Below are positions 16,746 through 23,423 of a stretch of DNA of 23,423 nucleotides, piece after piece. The notes beneath the pieces are model-generated. The model did no database searches. It saw only the letters and a list, made by a program, of their open reading frames with translations, and was not told where the DNA came from. Position 1 is the stretch's first letter. Every line of letters begins with the position of its first letter. This DNA comes from Archangiaceae bacterium (GTDB taxonomy: Bacteria > Myxococcota > Myxococcia > Myxococcales > Myxococcaceae): assembly GCA_043750125.1 (NCBI GenBank), contig JAYVCD010000399.1, forward strand, positions 1 through 23,423, in the 5' to 3' direction. Position numbers and translations under genes: made by a program.

Positions 16746-18281
16746 TCAATTGCTCGCTGTTCGGTCCGGTAGCGGCGCGCGGACGGTGAAGGTCTGGCTG
16801 TAGCCGTCATCGAGCACGGTGAGCGCAACTTCCAGCGTGCCCGCCGCGGTGCAGCGATATCGCTCTTCGACTTCGGGACCCTCGTGGGTCAAGCGCCGTA
16901 CCGACACGTCAGCCAGAACGGCTTCGGCTCTCAAGCCGGGCTCGAAGGGGAAGCGAATCTCTTCCCACGGCGCCACATCACCGTCGGGTCGGCCGTCTTT
17001 CAAGTCTCCACATTCGACGAAACGGAAGTGGCCGATGTTGTGGGCCGCCCGATAGCGGCGCACGGCTTCCAGCGGCGGCTCTCCTCGAGCGGGAACCCGG
17101 CTGTCCTTGGGGAAGATGGCGTCGAAGCGAACCTCTGCGCCGCGCGCGCTCTCGCGAAACACTCCGAAGTGGCGGGTCAGGCAGTCCGAGAGCTCATAGC
17201 CCGCTCCTTCGTCGAGGAAGAGGGCCAGCCCGATCGCTGCAGCTGCGAACGGGTGGGCCGACCGCTTCACCCGGTGGTCGCCAAAACGCTCGCGCAACAT
17301 CCTCAGCACGAGCGGAAAACCGCTGGCGCCACCGACCGCGTAGATCCCGGCGACTTCGCTCCACGCCACCGAGCCCTCGCCCGTCCCGTCCAGGCCGATC
17401 ACCGGCGCCATCGCTTCGATCGAACGGCTCACCAGCGGCAAGCACGCGGCAAACACCTCGTCGATCGGCAGCGCCAGGGGCTCTCGGCCCAACCCCGTCA
17501 AGTCCACGGTCAGCCTCCGGCTGTTGGGCGAGACCGCGTCTTTCGCGCTGCGGCATTCGTCGACCAGGCTCGCGCGTTGCGCCTCGTCCAAAATTCCAAG
17601 CTCGGCACGCGCCGCCACCAGGTCCGCGATCGCCTGATCAAAGTCGTCGCCGCCCAGCCGGGTGACGCCGGAGCTGGTGACGACCCGGCTGGCGCGCCCG
17701 GCCAGATGAATCAGCGAGGCGTCGAAAGTGCCGCCGCCCAGGTCGTAGACGACCACGTGCTCGCGCCGCGAGGTCAGCGTGGTCGAGAACCGATGGGCGT
17801 ATTCGAAGCCCGCCGCCGAAGGTTCGTTGAGCAGCGCCTTCACCTCGAAGCCGGCCTGGCGAAAAGCGTCGAGGGTGAGGAACCGCTGCGCGCTCGAGGC
17901 ATTGGCCGGAACGCTCACCGCGGCCTGCAGCGGCTCGCCTTCCTCGATCCCGGCATTGGACCGCGTGGTCAGCTGCAGCCGCACATGGGTCAGAAACGAA
18001 GTGAGCAGCTTTGAAATCGGAAAGCGGTGACCTCCGGCTTCGACCTGGGTCAAGGGCCCCGCGTCGGCCAACAGCCGCTTGAAAGATCTCAGCACCGACC
18101 ATTCGGGATCCCGCGCCAACGCCACCGCGTCATGGCCGAAGCGCAGCTGGGCGTCCTTCCGGCGCACCGCGATGACCGACGGTATCGAGTTGGCGGTTTC
18201 GAAGGCAACGACCGGGTAATTCCCGCGGTCGACGAATGCCGCCACGGTGTGGGTCGTGCCGAAGTCGATGCCGAGTTTCAT
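16746..18281 (-). CDS. Hsp70-family (DnaK-like) ATPase
   Basis: GIDFGTTHT, AVSVPAN, LLNEPSAAG, YDLGGGTFDAS, LGGDDFD, VGGAS; 511 aa with a divergent C-terminus, so not canonical dnaK. Confidence 0.9.
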   Translation of the reverse strand: MKLGIDFGTTHTVAAFVDRGNYPVVAFETANSIPSVIAVRRKDAQLRFGHDAVALARDPEWSVLRSFKRLLADAGPLTQVEAGGHRFPISKLLTSFLTHVRLQLTTRSNAGIEEGEPLQAAVSVPANASSAQRFLTLDAFRQAGFEVKALLNEPSAAGFEYAHRFSTTLTSRREHVVVYDLGGGTFDASLIHLAGRASRVVTSSGVTRLGGDDFDQAIADLVAARAELGILDEAQRASLVDECRSAKDAVSPNSRRLTVDLTGLGREPLALPIDEVFAACLPLVSRSIEAMAPVIGLDGTGEGSVAWSEVAGIYAVGGASGFPLVLRMLRERFGDHRVKRSAHPFAAAAIGLALFLDEGAGYELSDCLTRHFGVFRESARGAEVRFDAIFPKDSRVPARGEPPLEAVRRYRAAHNIGHFRFVECGDLKDGRPDGDVAPWEEIRFPFEPGLRAEAVLADVSVRRLTHEGPEVEERYRCTAAGTLEVALTVLDDGYSQTFTVRAPLPDRTASN

Positions 18282-18293
18282 CGGCGCACGGTA

Positions 18294-18542
18294 TCAGTAG
18301 CGTTCCGTGAACGGTCGAAAGGTCCCGACCCGCTTTCCCCCGCGCACGAGGTGGATTTCGTCGAACAGGAAAATGTTGTCGCTCTCGCCGGGGCGAAAAA
18401 AGACGAAGTCCCCCGGCTCGACCTTCGGCTCGGCCGCTCTGTACAAAAAAGCCTGGTTCGACACCAGCGTCTGGTTGGGGGGGGCGAAATCATCAGCGAG
18501 TGCATCGGCAGCCCTTCCGGGTAGTCCCGTTCGGCCACACGT
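18294..18542 (-). pseudogene. 3' fragment of a DSD1/alanine-racemase-like PLP enzyme gene
   Basis: Manual translation gives VAERDYPEGLPMHSLMISPP, a frameshift at the G8 run 18477-18484, then NQTLVSNQAFLYRAAEPKVEPGDFVFFRPGESDNIFLFDEIHLVRGGKRVGTFRPFTERY*. SNQ, GDFVFFRP and VRGGKxVG match that family's C-terminus as I recall it. Confidence 0.55.
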
Positions 18543-19001
18543 CGGGGCGATCGTTCAGTCGGCCGAGCTCCTGGCGGAAGTGGATCGCCAGCGGGCAATG
18601 TCTTCGCGGCGATCCCGCAACGGGGGAATCCGAATCGGAATCACGTTGAGCCGAAAGAAGAGAGCTTCACGAAACTTTCCGGCGGCCACCAGCTCTTTCG
18701 AGGTTGCGGTGGGTCGCTGCGACGAACCGCACGTCCGCGGCCAACATCTGGGTGCCGTCTTTGTACTTGCTGCGATCGTGAATCGCGTGCTCAGCCAGTT
18801 CCTTGCCGACGCCGCTCTCTCCACGCAGCAGCACGGTGGCCGGGCTTCGCGCGGCGCGGGTGAGCTCTGCGTCGCATAGGCGCATCGCTTCCGAGCTGCC
18901 GAGCTTGCCCCGCCTGGCGCAGCAGCCCTTCGAGGACCTTGCCGACCGCCGGGTCGTCATCAACGACCAGCACCGACCCGGTGAGTGTTTTCTGTTGTCA
19001 T
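18540..19001 (-). pseudogene. Decayed NtrC-family sigma-54-dependent response regulator
   Basis: Collinear fragments in shifting frames: receiver start [27 protein letters not shown]...[19 protein letters not shown] (Walker A); [59 protein letters not shown], Walker B and HTH are absent. Confidence 0.85.
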
Positions 19002-19077
19002 GTGCCTGGTTTCCCCGCGCGGCAGAGGACCAGACGCTGCCGACGTCGCCGAACCCCGATACGCCCAGCACAACGTG

Positions 19078-19524
19078 TCACCGTCGGGCGCGGCGTTCAG
19101 CCTTCCGCTTGACGCGTGCCGGGACGAAGGCCTGCTTGGCTTCGTGGGCCATCGCGTCGACCTTTTCATTCCAGCCATCGCCGCTGTGACCCCGGACCCA
19201 GCGTGTCCGCGCCCCCGCCTCGAGAGCGGCCTGTCGCAGGCTCTGGGCTTCGGCCCGGTGTTTGGTCGGCAGCTCGGTCCCGTTGGCGATGTCCAGGGTG
19301 AACCGCGAGTCGCTCACCAGCTCGATCTGACCTTGAATTCCTCGAGCGATCGCTTCCCGCAGGGCGAACAGCGCGGCGCGCAGCTCCATCAGGTTATTGG
19401 TGGTCGACTTCGTTCCTCCGCTGCCGGTGAACAGCGCAACGTCGTCTTCCACCCCGATGAAGGCCCAGCCGCCGGGCAAGCCCCCGCGTGAATGAGACGA
19501 CCCGTCGCAGTAGAGGCTCAGCAC
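19078..19524 (-). CDS. rnhA: Ribonuclease HI
   Basis: LYCDGSS...PGGWA, TTNNLMELRAA, VSDS, WVRGHSGDGWNEKVDAMA; acidic D-E-D-D set and His present. Confidence 0.92.
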   Translation of the reverse strand: MLSLYCDGSSHSRGGLPGGWAFIGVEDDVALFTGSGGTKSTTNNLMELRAALFALREAIARGIQGQIELVSDSRFTLDIANGTELPTKHRAEAQSLRQAALEAGARTRWVRGHSGDGWNEKVDAMAHEAKQAFVPARVKRKAERRARR

Positions 19525-19635
19525 CGTGCGGAATCGTAGGACAGCGTCCCCAACTCGTGACCGGCAAAGGTAGGTGCCACGACCACCGCAGGATCTGGCG
19601 AGTTGCTTTTAAAAACGCAGCTAGAGTTGCCGGCT

Positions 19636-22600
19636 ATGCGCACGGTCTTGAGCAGTGCAGTCCTCGTGATGAGTCTGGTGATCGGCGGCTGCAATTGTAA
19701 CCCGCCCCAGAATCCCGACGGCGGCGGGGGCGGCAACGCAGGCGGCGGAAATGCGGGCGGAGGAAATGGAAACGTCGGCGGCGGAAACGCAGGCGGCGGA
19801 ACGGGCGGATCCACCGGCGGCGGCACCGGAGGATCGGGCGGCGGGAACATCATGAACATGGACGGCGGCTGTGGCCTCGTCACCTGCGCCGGCTCGGGAT
19901 CAAACTGCGGTCCGATCGGCGATGGCTGCGGCTCGATCATCACCTGCGGCTCGTGCGCGCTGCCCCAGGTCTGCGGCGGAGGCGGAGCCCCGAGCGTCTG
20001 CGGCGGCGACGCCGGCTGCTTCCCGAGGACCTGCGCCTCGCTGGGCGCCGAGTGCGGCCCGATGGCAGATCGCTGCGGTGGGCTCATCAACTGCGGCTCG
20101 TGCGCGTTGCCCGAGACCTGCGGCGGTGGCGGGATCAACAGCCGGTGTGGCTTGAGCGGCGGCAACACCGACGGCGGCTCGTGCGTCCCCACCACCTGCG
20201 TAATTGCCGGCGCCGCCTGCGGAGTAATCGGCGATGGCTGCGGCTCGGTGCTGACGTGCGGCAGCTGCACCGCCGGCAAGGTCTGCGGTGGCGGCGGCGT
20301 TCCCTACCAATGCGGAGGCGGCGCCTCGTGCACTCCGAAGACCTGCCCTCAGCAAAATGCCACCTGCGGTTCGGTCGGTGATGGCTGCGGCGCGATCCTC
20401 AGCTGCGGCACCTGCACGGCTCCTCAAGTCTGCGGCGGTGGCGGAATTGCCAGCCAGTGCGGCGGCGGCGTGACGTGCGTTCCGCGCACCTGTGCCCAGG
20501 CGGGCGCCAACTGCGGCGTCGTCGGCGATGGCTGCGGAGGCGTGACAGCCAACTGCGGCACGTGCACCGGGGTCCAGGCGTGCGGCGCGGGCGGAGTGCC
20601 CAGCCAGTGCGGCGGCACCGTCGTCTGCACCGCCAAGACTTGTGTCCAGCTCGGCTTGAACTGCGGTCCCGTCAGCGATGGGTGCGGCAGTTTGTTGATG
20701 TGCGGCACCTGTAGCGTCGCCGGCCAGTCCTGCGGCGGAGGCGGGCAGGGAAACATCTGCGGCGGTTTGCCCCCGTGCGTCCCGAAGACCTGCGCCCAGC
20801 AGGGAGCCAACTGCGGCCTGGTGGGAGATGGCTGCGGTGGTTTGACCCCCAACTGTGGCACCTGTACTTCGCCCGACATCTGCGGCGGAGCGGGCGCGGC
20901 GAGCGTCTGCGGCAGTCGCGTTCCCGACGGCGGCAGTGGCTGCGTCAATCTGTGCCTCAATCAGATGGCGTGCCCGAGCATGCCCGACGGTGGAACGACG
21001 ATGACTGGCACCGTGTTCGCGCCGACCGATTCCACCGCGGGGTTCGGCGCTCCCGACCCGATTCCCGGCGCCCTCGTCTACATCCCAAACTCTGCGGTGG
21101 CCCCGTTCTCTGACGGCGGCGTCACCTGCGATCAATGCACCGATGGGGTCAGCGGCAGCCCGCTCGTCTCGACCTATTCGAACACCAACGGAACGTTCAC
21201 CTTGAAGAACGTGCCCTGCGGCCCGGGGGTGCAGGTGCCGGTGGTGATGCAGCTGGGCAAATGGCGGCGGCAGATCACCGTCACGGCTCCGTTGTGCTGC
21301 ATGCCGAACGCGCTGACCGCCGACCAGACCCGCATGCCACGCAAGCAAGCCGAAGGGCACCCCAACGACAGCATTCCGTTGATCGCGGTCGTCACCGGCA
21401 GCGCCGACGGGATCGAGTGCGTGCTGCCGAAGATCGGCATCGCGCCCGACCAATACTCGACTCCCACCGGGAACGGACGCGTTCGCTTCTACCTGGACAA
21501 TGGCGTCCAGATCGCTGGCACTGCGCCCCCCGCCGCGGCCCTGTTCGACAGCCTCGCCGAGATGCGCAAGTACGACATGATCATCCTCGACTGCGTCGGC
21601 GGTGAGCAGATCAAGACCATCGCCCGTCGCGCGAACCTGGAGGCCTACGCGAACGCGGGCGGCCGCATCTTCGCCAGCCACTACGCGTACGTCTGGCTCT
21701 ATGACCGGGCGGTCGACCCGGGCGGCAACAACATCTTGAGCCCGATTTCGTTTACCGCGACCGGAACCTGGGCCCCGCAGCAGGCCAACCCTGCGAACCA
21801 GGATGCGCTGATCGACATCTCGTTCCAGAAGGGAGTCACCTTCGCCGATTGGGTTCAGCTGGTGAACGCGCAGGCGGCGACCTCGACTCCTGCCGTGCCC
21901 CGCATCCGGGTGCTCAACGTGCGGCACGACTTCAACGCGGTGATTTCGCCCGCGCAGCGCTGGGTCTACGACACCACCGCGAGCACTCCGCTGCAGTACA
22001 CGTTCAACACCCCGACGACGGCAACGCCCGCCAACCAGTGCGGCCGCGTGCTGTTCAGCGACTTCCACGTCAGCGGCGGACGGACGGGAACTTTCCCGGG
22101 CAGCTGTGGCGCGGCCTCCGCGATGACTCCCCAGGAAAAAGTGTTCGAGTACCTGTTGTTCGACCTTGCGTCCTGCATCAAGCCCGACGTTCCGCCCCCG
22201 CAGATGTGCACTCCGAAGACCTGCCCCCAACTGGGGTTCAACTGCGGGCTGACCGGCGACGGGTGCGGAGCTTCGCTCAACTGCGGCACCTGCACGGCTC
22301 CCCAGACCTGCGGCGGCGCCGGAATGCCCAACGTGTGCGGCCTTTCATGCTTGCCGAAGACCTGCACTCAAATCGGAGCCAACTGCGGTCAGCAAGGCGA
22401 TGGCTGTGGCGGGACGATGTCGTGCGGAACCTGCACGCTGCCCCAGAGCTGCGGCGGCGGTGGCGTCGCGAATGTCTGCGGGGGCGGCAGCTGCGTCGCC
22501 AAGACCTGCACTCAGCTCGGCTTCACCTGCGGGACCCAGACCAACGGCTGCGGCGGCACGAACAACTGCGGTCCGTGCACCCTTCCCCAGACGTGCGGAG

Positions 22601-23214
22601 GAGGCGGAATGGCCGGGATCTGCGGCGGAGGCACCTGCGTGCCTTTGACCTGCCCTCAACAGGGCTTCAACTGTGGTCAGCAGGGCAACGGCTGTGGCGG
22701 CTCGGTGATGTGCGGCGTCTGCACGTTGCCCCAGACCTGCGGCGGAGGCGGTCAGCCCGGCGTCTGCGGCGGCGGCGGAACGTGCACCCCGAAGAACTGC
22801 CTGATGCAGGGCTTCAACTGCGGTCTGCAGGGCGATGGTTGTGGGAACCAGATCAACTGCGGCCCGTGTCCTCCGGGGCAGATCTGCGGTGCCTCAGGGC
22901 CAGGGCTCTGCGGCGCAGTGGCGTGCACCCCGTTGAGCTGCTCAGCCCAGGGAATTGGCTGCGGGCCGGCGGGCGATGGCTGTGGCAACTTGATCCAGTG
23001 CGGCGCCTGCCCGATGGGGCAGACCTGTGGTGGAGCCGGCGTACCGGGAATGTGCGGAGTACCTTCGTGCACCCCCAGAACCTGCGCCAGCGCAGGCGCC
23101 AACTGCGGTGAGCTCGGCGACGGTTGCGGCGGAGTCCTCAGCTGCGGAGTCTGTCCTCCGAACACCACCTGCGGCGGCGGCGGCATCCCCAACGTCTGCG
23201 GCAGCATCACCTAA
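19636..23214 (+). CDS. Cys-rich repeat lipoprotein (7 repeats + core + 7 repeats), paralog of 3429-5816
   Basis: ATG 19636; signal ends IGGC-NC; (GGGNA)n linker; fourteen 8-Cys repeats; core closely matches paralog A (GTVFAPTD, QLGKWRRQIT, VVTGSADGIECVLPKIGI, GGRIFASHY, CGRVLFSDFHVS, MTPQEKVFEYLLFDL). Confidence 0.88.
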   Translation: MRTVLSSAVLVMSLVIGGCNCNPPQNPDGGGGGNAGGGNAGGGNGNVGGGNAGGGTGGSTGGGTGGSGGGNIMNMDGGCGLVTCAGSGSNCGPIGDGCGSIITCGSCALPQVCGGGGAPSVCGGDAGCFPRTCASLGAECGPMADRCGGLINCGSCALPETCGGGGINSRCGLSGGNTDGGSCVPTTCVIAGAACGVIGDGCGSVLTCGSCTAGKVCGGGGVPYQCGGGASCTPKTCPQQNATCGSVGDGCGAILSCGTCTAPQVCGGGGIASQCGGGVTCVPRTCAQAGANCGVVGDGCGGVTANCGTCTGVQACGAGGVPSQCGGTVVCTAKTCVQLGLNCGPVSDGCGSLLMCGTCSVAGQSCGGGGQGNICGGLPPCVPKTCAQQGANCGLVGDGCGGLTPNCGTCTSPDICGGAGAASVCGSRVPDGGSGCVNLCLNQMACPSMPDGGTTMTGTVFAPTDSTAGFGAPDPIPGALVYIPNSAVAPFSDGGVTCDQCTDGVSGSPLVSTYSNTNGTFTLKNVPCGPGVQVPVVMQLGKWRRQITVTAPLCCMPNALTADQTRMPRKQAEGHPNDSIPLIAVVTGSADGIECVLPKIGIAPDQYSTPTGNGRVRFYLDNGVQIAGTAPPAAALFDSLAEMRKYDMIILDCVGGEQIKTIARRANLEAYANAGGRIFASHYAYVWLYDRAVDPGGNNILSPISFTATGTWAPQQANPANQDALIDISFQKGVTFADWVQLVNAQAATSTPAVPRIRVLNVRHDFNAVISPAQRWVYDTTASTPLQYTFNTPTTATPANQCGRVLFSDFHVSGGRTGTFPGSCGAASAMTPQEKVFEYLLFDLASCIKPDVPPPQMCTPKTCPQLGFNCGLTGDGCGASLNCGTCTAPQTCGGAGMPNVCGLSCLPKTCTQIGANCGQQGDGCGGTMSCGTCTLPQSCGGGGVANVCGGGSCVAKTCTQLGFTCGTQTNGCGGTNNCGPCTLPQTCGGGGMAGICGGGTCVPLTCPQQGFNCGQQGNGCGGSVMCGVCTLPQTCGGGGQPGVCGGGGTCTPKNCLMQGFNCGLQGDGCGNQINCGPCPPGQICGASGPGLCGAVACTPLSCSAQGIGCGPAGDGCGNLIQCGACPMGQTCGGAGVPGMCGVPSCTPRTCASAGANCGELGDGCGGVLSCGVCPPNTTCGGGGIPNVCGSIT
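19870..20910 (+). repeat. Seven N-terminal 8-Cys repeats of paralog B
   Basis: Seven units counted in the translation, about 49 aa period. Confidence 0.85.
22207..23199 (+). repeat. Seven C-terminal 8-Cys repeats of paralog B
   Basis: Seven units counted in the translation, about 48 aa period. Confidence 0.85.
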
Positions 23215-23232
23215 GCGGCGGGCGAAGAACGT

Positions 23233-23277
23233 CGGTCTCGAGGGCCACCCCTCGAGGCCGCGCAGCCGAGTCGGCTG
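23233..23277 (+). terminator. Tandem stem-loops after paralog B
   Basis: cggtctcgaggg-ccac-ccctcgaggccg (12-bp stem with one G-U), then cagccga-g-tcggctg; no U-tract. Confidence 0.35.
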
Positions 23278-23423
23278 GCCCTCGTGTCACAGAGCTGCGC
23301 CGGTCAGGCTTCAACACCTCGCGACCTCGGGTCACCCCCCGTTCGCAACAATGCCCTTCCCGCAGCGCACACCAATGCGCGTTGATGCGCATCGGTGTGC
23401 GTTGATGCCCCTGCGAGTGCGCG

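Noticed and set aside
19078-19524. RNase H as part of a retron or retroelement
   Set aside because: No reverse transcriptase motifs or msr-msd-like structure were seen nearby; it looks like a stand-alone RNase HI.
19563-19579. Sigma-54 promoter upstream of rnhA (minus strand TGGCACCTACCTTTGCC)
   Set aside because: GG-to-GC spacing is 11 nt rather than the required 10.
19870-23199. Cys-rich repeats as multiheme cytochrome, ferredoxin or RiPP precursor
   Set aside because: The CxxC pairs lack the following His. The proteins are exported lipoproteins with an even 8 Cys per repeat, which fits disulfides. No RiPP-modifying enzymes are nearby.

Overview
GC-rich (about 65-68%) bacterial chromosomal window. 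It is very likely myxobacterial, given a MYXO-CTERM-type tail, many Cys-rich lipoproteins and DAG/DGG linkers. It is dominated by predicted surface or secreted proteins. These are two paralogous Cys-rich-repeat lipoproteins (3429-5816 and 19636-23214), a TolB-like/CxxCH lipoprotein, a small c-type cytochrome lipoprotein, a beta-helix lipoprotein, a YbhB/YbcL lipoprotein with a 15-bp tandem repeat, a probable beta-propeller lipoprotein, a GH25 lysozyme and a secreted M3 peptidase. Cytoplasmic genes encode LysR, GST, an Hsp70-like ATPase and RNase HI. Several decayed gene remnants are also present (sigma-54 activator, DSD1/alanine-racemase-like C-terminus, PhyH-like start, and a frameshifted hydrophobic-helix protein). 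The most striking observation is that both Cys-rich paralogs carry equal numbers of 8-Cys repeats on each side of a shared core (3+3 and 7+7). They also share a +1 CxC start and a terminal I-[T/N] with the TolB-like protein, which suggests an uncharacterised surface lipoprotein system with stalks of two lengths. No rRNA, tRNA, CRISPR array or transposase was recognised. All family calls come from motif recognition by eye, not from database searches.
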